64,000 bases of DNA from a virus (IMGVR_UViG_3300045391_005708:1-64000); one strand, 5' to 3'; shown: positions 17,659-27,800, counted from the first letter of the stretch. Numbers and translations: made by a program. The notes: generated from the sequence alone by a model not told the origin.

Positions 17659-17898
17659 ATGAACGAGAACCTGACCTCGCCCCGCTTCCCCCTCAAGGGG
17701 CAGCCCGTGGGCCGCAACCTGTACCCCGTCTACGACGGCGACGCCCTCCTGGGCTTCGTCGTGAGCCGCGGCCGCATGTGGACCCACGTCGCGGTTGCCG
17801 ACCCGGCCGACGTGCCGCAGTCGTACGACCTCGTCTTCTCCGCGCCGACCAAGCGCGCGGCGATGACCAACCTGTCCTCCGCCACCAAGAACGCCTGA
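17659..17898 (+). CDS. Hypothetical protein
   Basis: GAGGAAACCG immediately before ATG. Confidence 0.75.
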   Translation: MNENLTSPRFPLKGQPVGRNLYPVYDGDALLGFVVSRGRMWTHVAVADPADVPQSYDLVFSAPTKRAAMTNLSSATKNA

Positions 17899-17910
17899 GA
17901 GGAAACCGAG

Positions 17911-18720
17911 ATGCCCAGAGTCAACACCGTCGACCGAGCCCGCCAGCGCTACGCGATGGTCCCGAAGACCGACGAGGAGGGCAACGCCCTCTACACCGAG
18001 CAGACCAAGAAGGGCAAGACCTTCCGCCGCGCGCTGACCGTGCAGGACCGGACCCGGCCCCTGCCGAACCTCCGGTGCGACTTCCCCGGCTGCGCGATCG
18101 ACGGCGGGGAGATCCTGGTCGGCAAGCCGTATAAGTTCATCACGGTCCGGCCCGGCGGCCGCGGCTCCGTGCAGAAGAACCGGCACCCCGAGCACCCGTC
18201 CTGGCAGCCCTGGGAGTACAGCAACAGCGTGCGCGCCGAGGCCGCCCGCCTGGTGCACGACATGGGGGAGACGGTCAACTCGTACGAGTTCACCGCCGAG
18301 GAGGACTTCGACAGCCTGCGCGACGAGTTGGCCGAGCAGGCCCAGGCGTTCCTGGACGAGCGCGAGGAGGCCGTGGACAACATGCCCGAGGGGCTCCAGG
18401 ACGGCTCCGAGGCGGCCGAGTACCGCGACTCCGCCGAGGAGTGGGTCCAGGAGATCGAGAACGCCGACAGCCCCGACGAGGAGTACCACGCCGAGTGCGA
18501 GGACTGCGAGGAGGGCAAGGTCGAGTGCGACAGCGACTTCCACGACGGCACTGACCAGGGCGAGGAGCAGTGCCCGGAGTGCGGCGGGACCGACACCAAC
18601 CCCGAGGACGTGGACTGCGCGTCCTGCGACGGCACCGGCCGGACCGAGGAAGTGAACGAGGACTGGGCCGAGGCCGCCCGCGAGGCGCTGCAGGAGGCGG
18701 TCGACTCCCTCCAGATCTGA
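17911..18720 (+). CDS. Acidic hypothetical protein with DnaJ-like CxxCxGxG Zn-finger repeats
   Basis: GAGGAAACCG at 17899-17908; CEDCEEG, CPECGGT, CASCDGTG. Confidence 0.75.
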   Translation: MPRVNTVDRARQRYAMVPKTDEEGNALYTEQTKKGKTFRRALTVQDRTRPLPNLRCDFPGCAIDGGEILVGKPYKFITVRPGGRGSVQKNRHPEHPSWQPWEYSNSVRAEAARLVHDMGETVNSYEFTAEEDFDSLRDELAEQAQAFLDEREEAVDNMPEGLQDGSEAAEYRDSAEEWVQEIENADSPDEEYHAECEDCEEGKVECDSDFHDGTDQGEEQCPECGGTDTNPEDVDCASCDGTGRTEEVNEDWAEAAREALQEAVDSLQI

Positions 18721-18728
18721 CCCTCGAC

Positions 18729-18760
18729 GAGGCCCCCGGAGCGACCGCTCCGGGGGCCTC
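18729..18760. terminator. Bidirectional terminator-like hairpin where the two arms converge
   Basis: Perfect 14-bp stem GAGGCCCCCGGAGC / GCTCCGGGGGCCTC with a 4-nt loop. Confidence 0.75.
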
Positions 18761-18913
18761 TAAAGTTCAGCTGTACTCACTCCGAGAGTGGCCCAGAAAC
18801 GTACCGCTCTCCGACGCAGGGTCCAAACGACACCGGGGTATCGCCCCCGCCCCCGCGTCCGGGAGGGCCTAGGCCCTGCGCGACCCTGGTACCGTCCTGG
18901 CCCGGCCGTGGGC

Positions 18914-19138
18914 CTACGGTCGGCCTGTGAGCCGGAGCCGCGCCAGGGCGACCAGGAGGACGACCAGGACGGGCACCAGGACGGACAGCCACGCCTCGTG
19001 CCACCACCCCCAGGCCAGGAGCGCGCCCGCGGCCGAGCAGGCGGCCATGCCCACCCGCCAGGCGACCTCCGCCCAGCAGGTCGGGTCGGACAGGGCCTGC
19101 CTCCAGCCCTGGAACTCAGTCGAGACGCTTCGCCACAT
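18914..19138 (-). CDS. Membrane protein
   Basis: Two TM segments; last gene of the - arm. Confidence 0.6.
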   Translation of the reverse strand: MWRSVSTEFQGWRQALSDPTCWAEVAWRVGMAACSAAGALLAWGWWHEAWLSVLVPVLVVLLVALARLRLTGRP

Positions 19139-19454
19139 GGCCCACCACGTAGTTCCCCCCGAAGGCGGCCGCCAGGAAGCGCCACCAGTCCGCCGCGTCG
19201 CCGGGGCCGCCCGCCAGGAGCAGGAGGGCCAGCCCGGCCAGGCCGACCCAGAAGCCGACGCAGAACGGGCACTCCAGGCCGTCGAGGTACCTGGACCACC
19301 CGGGCATGTCCTGCGGCCCGCGCCGGTACGCCCGCTTGTTGAGGGGGAGTTGGATCCACAACTTCCCCGGGATCAGGTCCGATGTCACGAGCCTGGACAC
19401 GCGCAGCGTCGCGAGGAGCCACAGGCCCGCGTCGAGCCACCACCAACCGTTCAC
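19116..19454 (-). CDS. DUF1360-like membrane protein
   Basis: LAT.RVSRLVTSD.I....R/L...CPFC.GFWV motif. Confidence 0.75.
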   Translation of the reverse strand: MNGWWWLDAGLWLLATLRVSRLVTSDLIPGKLWIQLPLNKRAYRRGPQDMPGWSRYLDGLECPFCVGFWVGLAGLALLLLAGGPGDAADWWRFLAAAFGGNYVVGHVAKRLD

Positions 19455-19465
19455 TTTCCCACCTT

Positions 19466-19888
19466 TCAGTCCCGCCAGGGCGGGGTCCGCTTGTTGATCC
19501 AGAAGGGCCACTTCAGCGCGAGGACCATGCAGCCCAGGCGCACGTACACGCTCCACCAAGAGGCCCCGACCGGGCGGTCCGGGCTGGGGTCGGCGCCCGG
19601 CAGGTAGCCGGAGAGTTGGAGGCCGATGACCGCGCCGACGAGCAGGAGGGCGCACACGGCGAGCGCGAGCGCGTGGACGAGCGCGGTGCACTCCCTCCAG
19701 GTGGTCATGAGCCGGTAGACCAGGCCGCCGAGGGCGACCCCTCCGTAGGCCGACGACACCAGGCGCGGGTCGGCCCCGGCCAGGTAGAGTTCCACGGTCA
19801 GCGCCACGCCCGCCGCGCAGAGGGCGAAGAACGACAGGCTGAGGGGGCGCCCGCGGTGCCGCTCCAGCCGCTCCAGCCACCGCGGCAC
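19466..19888 (-). CDS. Multi-TM membrane protein
   Basis: Four hydrophobic segments. Confidence 0.65.
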   Translation of the reverse strand: MPRWLERLERHRGRPLSLSFFALCAAGVALTVELYLAGADPRLVSSAYGGVALGGLVYRLMTTWRECTALVHALALAVCALLLVGAVIGLQLSGYLPGADPSPDRPVGASWWSVYVRLGCMVLALKWPFWINKRTPPWRD

Positions 19889-19889
19889 G

Positions 19890-20375
19890 TCAGCAGTCCA
19901 GCCGCGGGTAGTCGCCGCTGTCGGCCAGGTGCTGGGAGCGGGCCTCGACCCTGCGCAGGTGCCTCGTCGCGGCGTCGTACGCGGTGAGCGCCTTCTCGAA
20001 CTCGGGCAGCAGGGAGTCCTGGAACGCCTGGTCCTGGGGGTGCGCGATCGCCTTGACGAACACGCCGAGCACGTCGTCCACCGCGGCGTCGTGGGCCTTC
20101 TTGGCCTCGTCCAGCCTGCCGCGCTGCTCCACCCGGTCGCGGGTGACCTCGGTGAACTTCTCGGCCCACGCGTTGAGGCACGCGGCCCGGGCCGTCGTGG
20201 CGGCCGCCAGCGCCTTGGCGGTGTCCGCCGCGCCGGTCGCCTTCTTGTTCGCCTCGTGGCCCTGGAGGCCGATGATGATCACGATCACCGACGCGACGAT
20301 CACGACGGAGGAGAGGAGGAGCCGGAGGCGCGCGACCTCCTGGGCCGCGTCCCTCTCAGTCTCGGTCTGGCTCAC
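19890..20375 (-). CDS. Membrane-anchored helical protein (lysis-cassette associated)
   Basis: Single N-terminal TM followed by a coiled-coil-like region. Confidence 0.65.
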   Translation of the reverse strand: MSQTETERDAAQEVARLRLLLSSVVIVASVIVIIIGLQGHEANKKATGAADTAKALAAATTARAACLNAWAEKFTEVTRDRVEQRGRLDEAKKAHDAAVDDVLGVFVKAIAHPQDQAFQDSLLPEFEKALTAYDAATRHLRRVEARSQHLADSGDYPRLDC

Positions 20376-20508
20376 TGTGCCGCCCTCCCGGTCCGCACTC
20401 CAGGACCTTCCTGTCGTGCCAGTCCCTCCAGGAGAATCCTACCCAGAGGCCCACGGGGACGCCCACCAGGAAGCCGAGCAGGTTGAACGCGACCGACTCG
20501 AAGCACAC
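20356..20508 (-). CDS. Small membrane protein (50 aa, not in the ORF track)
   Basis: GTG-CFESVAFNLLGFLVGVPVGLWVGFSWRDW...*; fills the gap between neighbours. Confidence 0.5.
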   Translation of the reverse strand: MCFESVAFNLLGFLVGVPVGLWVGFSWRDWHDRKVLECGPGGRHSEPDRD

Positions 20509-20511
20509 CGC

Positions 20512-20742
20512 TCACGCACCGCCCCCTTCTCCCCGGTCGTCATCTCCGCCGCGCTTCCGCCGGAGCAGTTCGTCCACCCCGGCGTAGGCGCCCAGCAGTC
20601 CCCCCAGGATCACGCTGGTCGGGTAGCCGTCTGGCCCCACGATGACGATATTGTACCCGAGGAGGAAGAGGAGGCCGAGCACGACGACGGTCGTGACCCA
20701 GGGGTGCAGCCCGCCGCTGCCCCGGTGCCGCATCTGCACCAC
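20512..20742 (-). CDS. Two-TM membrane protein (holin-like)
   Basis: Two TM helices and a charged tail. Confidence 0.65.
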   Translation of the reverse strand: MVQMRHRGSGGLHPWVTTVVVLGLLFLLGYNIVIVGPDGYPTSVILGGLLGAYAGVDELLRRKRGGDDDRGEGGGA

Positions 20743-20791
20743 GGCCCCGGCCTCCTCTCCTCGTGTGCCGCAAAGTCTACCGCCCCGGGGC

Positions 20792-21562
20792 TCAGCGGCG
20801 CCGGTGCCGGGGCGCCCTGACCTCGAAGGAGCCCTCGCACAGGAAGTGGTCGGAGGCGAGCGCGAACTCGCTGTCGTCCAGGACGTCGAAGGACGCGCCG
20901 CGCACGCGGCCGTCCCCGTTGTAGGAGGCGATCACGTCGATCGACCCGTGGCCGGTGTCCTGCCAGTCGCCGAGTTCGTCGGCGAGGCTGGTGAACGGGG
21001 CGCCCAGGAACGTGTCGAACTCCCGGTCGGGGATGTTCTGGTCGCCGCCGTAGAAGCACAGGTCGGTGCCGCGGCCGAACTCCCGGCCGACCTCCCCGAC
21101 CTTGGCCGCGATTCGCGTGTTGTCGCGGAGGAACCTCCGGTGCGCGGCGTCCCCGCCGGGTCGGCCCTCGGTCAGGTAGTGGCTCACGAGGACGGTGAGG
21201 TCGCTCTGCACGAGTGGCGAGTGGCCGGTCACGCGCAGGACGCCGCGGTCGGCGAACCGCCCGGCCACGCCGTCCACTACCTTGTACCACTCCTCCTCCA
21301 CCGGGCCCTCGAACAGGTCCCGGCGGTGGCAGACCCACACGTCGCCCGCGCGGCCCTTGCGGAACCGCAGGCCGTGGTCCTGGTCGACCGTCGCGAGGGC
21401 CTTCCCGAGGACGGACTGGGGTCCCGCCTCGGTGCCGGTGAGCCACCGCCAGCCGCGCTTCTCGGCGCGGGCGGCCAGGCGCTTCGCGTCGGCGGTCTGC
21501 TGGGGCTGGGTGTCCGAGAACTGGCCGGACGAGTGGGCCACGTCCAGGCGGACGGCGGTCAC
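20792..21562 (-). CDS. Endonuclease/exonuclease/phosphatase (EEP) superfamily protein
   Basis: GTE, VSHY, GGDQN, IDVI, SDH catalytic motifs; GTGA overlap with the holin stop. Confidence 0.75.
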   Translation of the reverse strand: MTAVRLDVAHSSGQFSDTQPQQTADAKRLAARAEKRGWRWLTGTEAGPQSVLGKALATVDQDHGLRFRKGRAGDVWVCHRRDLFEGPVEEEWYKVVDGVAGRFADRGVLRVTGHSPLVQSDLTVLVSHYLTEGRPGGDAAHRRFLRDNTRIAAKVGEVGREFGRGTDLCFYGGDQNIPDREFDTFLGAPFTSLADELGDWQDTGHGSIDVIASYNGDGRVRGASFDVLDDSEFALASDHFLCEGSFEVRAPRHRRR

Positions 21563-21801
21563 CCGGCGCCCCCGACGTGCTCCAGGCCCTTGGCCTTGTT
21601 GCGGGTCAGGTGCACGGGGACGCCGACCAGGCCGGAGCCGACGATGCCCGCGACGACCCACTCGCCGAACTCCTTGAGGCTCGTGCCGCCGTCGTCAGCG
21701 ATCCACGACCCGAGTACGAGGACCACGAAGGTCAGCGCCGCGGCGACGTACGCCTTGGTGCTGGTCTGCGGGGTGCCCGGGGCGGGGCTGGGTGTGCTCA
21801 T
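21559..21801 (-). CDS. Putative holin
   Basis: KAYVAA..T....L...D.G.SL.E......G...G..V....N pattern of actinophage holins; follows the last tail gene; RBS GAGGAAACC abuts ATG. Confidence 0.7.
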   Translation of the reverse strand: MSTPSPAPGTPQTSTKAYVAAALTFVVLVLGSWIADDGGTSLKEFGEWVVAGIVGSGLVGVPVHLTRNKAKGLEHVGGAG

Positions 21802-21840
21802 GGTTTCCTCCTGCTGGGGGCGTCTCTGTCGGGTCCCATT

Positions 21841-24762
21841 CTACGCCTTGACGATCACGTTCACGGCCATGAAGCCGTGGTAGTTCAGGTTCGCGCCGCC
21901 GACGCCGGACGAGGCGGTGTCCCCTCCGTGCGCGTGGCTGCCCAGCACGTCCCCGCTGATGTCGGTGACGCGGGTCGCGCTGCCGGTCGCGGCCGTGTTG
22001 GTCGCCTTGGTCTGGGACAGCGTGTTGGGGGAGATGGTGTGGGTGTGGGTGTGCTGCAGGCGGCTCGTGTCGGCTGCCCCCGAGGGGTGGCCGCCCGAGT
22101 TGCTGGTCTCGTAGGCGCCGATGGACCCGGCGGCGGTCGGGTCCCCGGTCACGACGCCGATGGGGAAGCGGCCCCGGAAGTCCGGGAGGTTGAAGGTAGT
22201 GCTGCCGTCCCCGCCGCCGAACAACTTGCCGAGCCCGACCGCGCTGAACAGTTGGGCGTACGTCGTCCTGGACACGGCCGAGCCGTCGCAGAGCAGCCAC
22301 CCGCTCGGGAGCACGTTGCCGCCGTAGAACGCGAGGGTGCCGGGCGCCACCAGGCTGTCGGCCCTCGCCGCCCCGGCGCCGTCGAAGAACGTCATGGGGA
22401 CGGTCGGCTCCGCCGACCGCATGGCCGTGGACTGCAGCGACGAGGGCGCCACGCCGGAGGGGAACGGCGTGCCCGCGTTCGGGCTGCCCGCCGTGAGGCC
22501 GGACAGGTCTGCGAGGGTGGCGGACCACGTGGAGGGCGAGAACAGTCGGTAGCCCGCCCACGAGGCGCCGCCCGTGGTCGAGCAGTACAGCCTCACGCTG
22601 TCGGCCTTGTCCGTGTGCCCGGGGTTGGTGTCGGTCGCGTCCGGCGGGGGCGGGACGGTCAGGACGAGGTACGTCCTCGCGGGCCAGGTGACCGCGTTGG
22701 ACGGCCCGGCCGCCGTCTCGTGCTTGCCGCCCGTGGCGTTCTCGTCCGCCCAGGCGTGCTCCGCCGTCAGCGTCGCCTGCGCGGTGCTCAGGCCGTGCTT
22801 GTAGAGGCGGCCGTTCCTGGCCAGGCCCGCCATGCGCCCGTTGGTCGCGTCGAAGGCGACGCCGCTCATGACGTTGTTGGCGGCCCGGGGGAAGTCCTGG
22901 GTGGCGTTCCGGGTCGGGTTGGTGGACGAGCCCGCGGGCAGCGACCACGCGAGGACGTTGTTGTTGCCGCTGACCTGGGTGTTCCTCAGCGCCACGTAGA
23001 TCCGGCTGGTGCCCGTGCCGTCCGCGCCGATCCAGGCGCCGCCGATCCCCGTGCGGCCGCCCGGGTTCGTGATCAGGGTGCGGTCCGTGCCGGTCTGCGC
23101 GGACAGGTCCGGGAGGAACCAGCGCAGCAGGAGGTCCGTGGTGCCGACCTGCCAGAACATGCCGAGGCGGTTGTTCACCGTGTCGAACGCGATCCTCGGC
23201 TCGTAGCCGCTGAAGGCGGTCGGCCCGCCGATCCTCCACTCGCTCAACTTGTTGAACGACGAGCCGCCGCCCGCCCCGTTCTGGATGCGGTAGATGTACC
23301 AGTCGCCGCCCCGGTCGTAGTCCTGGCCGAGGAGGTAGTAGCAGTTCCCGACCGGGTCCGTCGCGATGCCGCCGTGCGCCTCGAAGTTCTGCTGCCACGC
23401 CTTGCTCGCGCCGTTGCGGGCCTCGATCAGGAAGCCGGTGCCGCTCGACGCGTCCCGGTGGACGTTGAGGATGACCGAGCCGGACGCGCCGTTCGACAGG
23501 CCGGACAGGCCCCAGAGGGTGCCCGCGATGACGAACCAGTTGGCGTCGTCGATCTGGGGCGCCATGCCCGCGAAGTAGAACGAGCGGTCCGAGCCGTCCG
23601 TGTAGAGCCCGGTCTGGTAGTTCAGCCAGGTCGTGCTGATGCCCGGCTTGCTGTTCGGCGCCTGGACCCCGTTCGAGAGTTGGATCGCGCCGTAGATCGT
23701 GCCGCCGCCCTTGATGGTCAGGTTCCCGTCGACCTCCAGGGTGTTGGCCACCACGTCCGCCGTGATGGAGATGGCCGACCCGTCCGCGGGGATCCTCAGC
23801 GCGGCGCCTCCGAGGACCTGGATGCCGGTGTTCGAGTCGATGGTGATGTTGTCGCCGACCTGGATCGACCCGAGGAGGGCGAAGCCCGCGACCAGTTGGG
23901 CCGCGACCACGGTGTCGATGTTCTCCAGGTTGAGGGCGCCGGTCACGGTCGGCGAGGGGGCGGGCGCGTAGCCCAGGGAGTTGTGCGCGTACGTCGCGAC
24001 GAAGTACGTCGTGTTGGGCACGAGGGACGTGCCGTCCGGCAGGTGGTCCACGACGGTCACCTGGCTGGACGTGTCCACGAACAGCGTGGAGGCGTCTCCG
24101 GGAGTGGGGACGTAGGTCGGGCCGTGGACGCCGCCGACCGCCGTGTCGTCCTGCCAGACGTGGATCTCGCGCGTGGCGGCCTCGTCGATCGGGAGCGCCG
24201 CGGTCTGCACGACCAGGCTTGCGTTCGTGCCGGTGACGGAGATGATCGCCGGGCTGCCCGCGGGGACGCTGGTCGGGGTCAGGATGGTGCTGAGGTCCGG
24301 CGGCACGTAGGACGACTGGGGGATCAGCATCTCGGCCCCGGGGATGTCCTCGATGCCGGACAGGTCGTCGTACAGGTCGACGGGGATCGGGGGCTCGTAC
24401 GCCCTCTCCTCCAGGAAGCCGCGGTCGTGGAACGTCACCGGGACCTCGATCGGCTCCTCCGCGTTGGGGAGCAGGACCTCCGCCCACCACTCTTGGGCGG
24501 GGGAGCCGCCCGCGTCCGGCACGAGGGGCGTGGCCACGTCGTACGCGGCCGCCAGGGTCCCGGCCAGGGTGACGACGTTCGTCGTGTAGTCCACGGCGTT
24601 GACGCCCATCGGGACGGCGCCGTCGAGCCAGATGGTGTCGCCGGGGGAGATGTCCGAGGCGTCCAGGGCCGTGACGGAGGACGCGCCGGACGGGGCCGCG
24701 GCGCTCGTCTCGGTGCCGACCCAGTGCGCCCTGACCTCGGTGAGGAGGCCGTTCTCAGCCAC
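21841..24762 (-). CDS. Minor tail / receptor-binding protein with C-terminal tail-collar domain
   Basis: 973 aa, beta-rich; PSGWLLCDGSAVSRTTYAQLF...GDGSTTFNLPDFRGRFPIG collar motif. Confidence 0.85.
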   Translation of the reverse strand: MAENGLLTEVRAHWVGTETSAAAPSGASSVTALDASDISPGDTIWLDGAVPMGVNAVDYTTNVVTLAGTLAAAYDVATPLVPDAGGSPAQEWWAEVLLPNAEEPIEVPVTFHDRGFLEERAYEPPIPVDLYDDLSGIEDIPGAEMLIPQSSYVPPDLSTILTPTSVPAGSPAIISVTGTNASLVVQTAALPIDEAATREIHVWQDDTAVGGVHGPTYVPTPGDASTLFVDTSSQVTVVDHLPDGTSLVPNTTYFVATYAHNSLGYAPAPSPTVTGALNLENIDTVVAAQLVAGFALLGSIQVGDNITIDSNTGIQVLGGAALRIPADGSAISITADVVANTLEVDGNLTIKGGGTIYGAIQLSNGVQAPNSKPGISTTWLNYQTGLYTDGSDRSFYFAGMAPQIDDANWFVIAGTLWGLSGLSNGASGSVILNVHRDASSGTGFLIEARNGASKAWQQNFEAHGGIATDPVGNCYYLLGQDYDRGGDWYIYRIQNGAGGGSSFNKLSEWRIGGPTAFSGYEPRIAFDTVNNRLGMFWQVGTTDLLLRWFLPDLSAQTGTDRTLITNPGGRTGIGGAWIGADGTGTSRIYVALRNTQVSGNNNVLAWSLPAGSSTNPTRNATQDFPRAANNVMSGVAFDATNGRMAGLARNGRLYKHGLSTAQATLTAEHAWADENATGGKHETAAGPSNAVTWPARTYLVLTVPPPPDATDTNPGHTDKADSVRLYCSTTGGASWAGYRLFSPSTWSATLADLSGLTAGSPNAGTPFPSGVAPSSLQSTAMRSAEPTVPMTFFDGAGAARADSLVAPGTLAFYGGNVLPSGWLLCDGSAVSRTTYAQLFSAVGLGKLFGGGDGSTTFNLPDFRGRFPIGVVTGDPTAAGSIGAYETSNSGGHPSGAADTSRLQHTHTHTISPNTLSQTKATNTAATGSATRVTDISGDVLGSHAHGGDTASSGVGGANLNYHGFMAVNVIVKA

Positions 24763-25975
24763 GGTGGTTCCCCTTCTTCTCGTGCTTCTTCTGCTTGGGG
24801 TGCTTGACTTTGATGGTGTGCCTCAACTTGACCCTCTTGCGCCGGACGACGACGGGCCTGCTGACCCACCTGTGGGCGCCGACCGTGGCCTCCCCGCCGG
24901 TCGTCAGCGGGATCGAGCCCTCGTCCCAGGGGATCGACCCGATGTCGTTGGGCATGACCAGGTGGTCGTGGTTGTCCAGGTGGAGCGGCGGCACGATGCT
25001 GTACGACTGGTCGTACCTGATGTCGCTCACGCTCTTGAGTTCCTGGACCACCCGGTCGTCTACCTGCTTCTTGCTCTTGAGGCTGTCGTCCTCCAGGACG
25101 AGGGGCAGGAACCGCGGCGCGCCGTTGCGCGAGAGGCTGGACGGGGAGAGGTCGTGGCGCCCGGGCAGTTGCGCGGTCCCCTCCCACGTCTCGGTGATCT
25201 TCTTCTTGGTCCGCTTCGAGGTCACCTTGACGTAGTTGCCGAACTCCGTGAAGTCCGTCTGGCCCTGGGGCAGTTCGAACAGGTCCCTCACCTGGTACCG
25301 CGCCCGGTGCGCGTGCAGGTGCTCGCCGACGATCCAGCCGTCGCTCTTGACCTCCAGGCGCCAGTTGAGTTCCTTGCGCGCGATGCGCTGGGCGACCGGC
25401 CAACTCCAGATGCTCGGGTCCTTCATCCCGACCGTGTACGCCCGCTTGAGCCTCTTGTCGCTCCTGGGGATGCGGTAGTGCCGCTCCCCCGTGTTGCGGA
25501 GGATGTCGACGAGCACGTCGGACGCCCTCGCGCCCTTCTTGTACGTCTTCTCGTGGACGCCGTGGTTGGCCAGGAGACTCTTGTCGGCCAGTTCGAGGCC
25601 GAGTTCCGCGCCGCTCCGGGAGGCCGAGGTGGGCACGCCGACGAACGGGGTCGCGGTGACGTGCTGGGACAGGTCCGGCACCCAGACGCGGTGCCGGACC
25701 TTCAGCAGGCGGTTGACCCAGATGACGCCCCGGTCGTCGTACGCGAACTTGTGGCCGAAGGACAGCGCCCTCTCCGGGTCGGAGAAGGTCAGCGAGGCGG
25801 TGCGGTCGGGGCCGTCGTCGTCGTGCAGGTCGACCTGGCCGTCGAGCAGGGGGATCTTGTACAGCGGGCGCTCCTCCAGGTTGCACACGTCCACCCACAC
25901 GTCGAAGTCGTGGTCGCCCTGGATGAACCTGTTGTACACCGGCAACTGGCTCCGGTTGAGGTTGAGGTCCTGCAT
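24755..25975 (-). CDS. Minor tail protein (hub/Tal-like)
   Basis: Position after the TMP and Dit-like gene; 406 aa. Confidence 0.7.
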   Translation of the reverse strand: MQDLNLNRSQLPVYNRFIQGDHDFDVWVDVCNLEERPLYKIPLLDGQVDLHDDDGPDRTASLTFSDPERALSFGHKFAYDDRGVIWVNRLLKVRHRVWVPDLSQHVTATPFVGVPTSASRSGAELGLELADKSLLANHGVHEKTYKKGARASDVLVDILRNTGERHYRIPRSDKRLKRAYTVGMKDPSIWSWPVAQRIARKELNWRLEVKSDGWIVGEHLHAHRARYQVRDLFELPQGQTDFTEFGNYVKVTSKRTKKKITETWEGTAQLPGRHDLSPSSLSRNGAPRFLPLVLEDDSLKSKKQVDDRVVQELKSVSDIRYDQSYSIVPPLHLDNHDHLVMPNDIGSIPWDEGSIPLTTGGEATVGAHRWVSRPVVVRRKRVKLRHTIKVKHPKQKKHEKKGNHRG

Positions 25976-25976
25976 C

Positions 25977-27797
25977 TCAGGGGTCCAGCCTCTCCCACCA
26001 GTTGAGCGTGAACTGCGTGCGCTCCTGGGACAGTTGCTCGGAGTAGAACGAGTCCTGGGGGCTGTAGTCGCCGAGGATGACCGAGTAGTTGTTGATCCCG
26101 AACACGAGGCGGTAGCGGTCCTGCTGCGCGCCCTCGACCCAGCCCTGCAGCCGGTCGGCCTCCGCGTCCAGGGCGACGCCCGTGACCGTGCCCGCCTTGG
26201 TCGTCCTGGTCAGCCTGCGCCTGACCGGCTCCACGACGAGGCCGTTGGTGACGGGCACGTGCAGCACGCTGTTCTCGGCGACGACCTCCTCGTTCGACGG
26301 CGCGTCGCCCAGGCCCCAGACCTCGACCTTGGTGCCGTCCCGGGGGTTGAGGAGGTAGCAGCCCCCGTCGAACGGCCGGGCGGTCACGGTCCCCGCCCCG
26401 GCCGGGTTGCCGCCGACGTACGTGACGACCTTCCAGGTGTGCTGGCGCCGCAGGTCGGCCGTGTAGTCGGGGATGGTGAAGGCGCCGCCGACGAAGAACT
26501 TGGTGCCCTCCGCGCCCTTCAGCACGGGGTCGTTCTCCAGGTCCCACAGGGGGACCTTCACGCCGTCCCGGAGGAGGCTCACGGTGTCCGGCGTGCCCGC
26601 GCCGCGGGTGCCGGTGATCGTCACGACGCCGTTGACGACGTTGACGGCGAGGCCCGAGATGCCGGACACGGCGCTGCTCTCCACCGTCTGCCAGGAGGTC
26701 TTCAGGACGACGTGCGTGGGGGCGTTGGCGCCGCCCGCCCGCGTCACGCTGTCGTCCCGGACGTAGAGCCGGTTGCTGCCGGAGCCGCCGGGCACCTTCA
26801 CGCCCCTGCTGGGCGTCCAGGCCCGCGTCGCGGGCTCGTCCTGCCACCCGTTGCTGTCGTCGATCACCCTGTCGGAGGCGTTGTTTATCTCAGCCTTCCA
26901 CCCGGTCTGGGACACCGGCCCGGTCACGGTCCAGGTGAGCGGCGGCGTGCCGTCGACCTGGTTGGAGCCGTCGACGGGGTTGGTGATGGTGACGACGGGC
27001 AGGGGCCGGTAGGTGTAGGAGGCCCAGTCGCTGTACGCGCTCGTGCCGGAGGGGTTGGTCACCCTGGCCCGCCAGGAGAGCGTGGTCACGCCGGACACCG
27101 GGGTCGGCGAGCCCGCGGCCTGGACGTAGTAGCCCTGCGTGGCTGCGGTCGAGCCCGTGTCGAAGGCGACCGAGGACCCGCCGTCCGTGCTGAACTGGAC
27201 CTGGAAGGCGGACATGTCGTCCGGCCCGTCGAAGGTGAGGTCCGGCTTGGGGACCGACACCGCGCCGCCGGACGGCCGGAGGCTGCCCGGCGGGTCGGGG
27301 ACGACGACGTACGTGACGACGAGGACCGGCCTGAGGTCCGCCGCGGACGAGCCGCTGAGGAAGAAGTCGGCGTTCTGGTTGACCTTCAGGGCGAGGCCGG
27401 TCGTCACCCTGGTGGCCACCCAGGCCGTGAGGCTCGCGCCAGAGATGGAGAACAGCGCGCCCGCCGCGGGGTTGACCACGGTCGCGCTGGCCAGCGTGGT
27501 GCCGGTCGGGGTCGGGCGGTTCGACCAGCGCACGCCGGAGCCCCAGTTGCCGTCGGGGTTCGCGCCAGCCGAGACGGTGACGCTGCCGACGAACGCCTTG
27601 CCCGCGTATACCCTCAACTCCGCGGACTGCACCACGGCGTCGTCGGGGATCGCCTTCATGGAGCCCCGCACGAGCGCCCACTTCTCGTCCGAGCCGGTCG
27701 CGTCGTTCAGCGGCACCTGGGCGGGCGCCCCGAACTTCTTGTCCGGCTTGGGCTGCCGGACGCTGTACATGGTGAGGGGGATGTTCTTGACGGTCAC
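25977..27797 (-). CDS. Minor tail protein (Dit-like, with carbohydrate-binding/Ig-like inserts)
   Basis: Directly after the TMP; SAELRVY beta-sandwich and FN3-like segments. Confidence 0.7.
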   Translation of the reverse strand: MTVKNIPLTMYSVRQPKPDKKFGAPAQVPLNDATGSDEKWALVRGSMKAIPDDAVVQSAELRVYAGKAFVGSVTVSAGANPDGNWGSGVRWSNRPTPTGTTLASATVVNPAAGALFSISGASLTAWVATRVTTGLALKVNQNADFFLSGSSAADLRPVLVVTYVVVPDPPGSLRPSGGAVSVPKPDLTFDGPDDMSAFQVQFSTDGGSSVAFDTGSTAATQGYYVQAAGSPTPVSGVTTLSWRARVTNPSGTSAYSDWASYTYRPLPVVTITNPVDGSNQVDGTPPLTWTVTGPVSQTGWKAEINNASDRVIDDSNGWQDEPATRAWTPSRGVKVPGGSGSNRLYVRDDSVTRAGGANAPTHVVLKTSWQTVESSAVSGISGLAVNVVNGVVTITGTRGAGTPDTVSLLRDGVKVPLWDLENDPVLKGAEGTKFFVGGAFTIPDYTADLRRQHTWKVVTYVGGNPAGAGTVTARPFDGGCYLLNPRDGTKVEVWGLGDAPSNEEVVAENSVLHVPVTNGLVVEPVRRRLTRTTKAGTVTGVALDAEADRLQGWVEGAQQDRYRLVFGINNYSVILGDYSPQDSFYSEQLSQERTQFTLNWWERLDP

Positions 27798-27800
27798 GGG

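Noticed and set aside
18760-18913. Short ORFs in the convergence gap (18777-19007, 18788-19342)
   Set aside because: Arg/Pro-rich shadow translations without RBS; likely intergenic terminator region.
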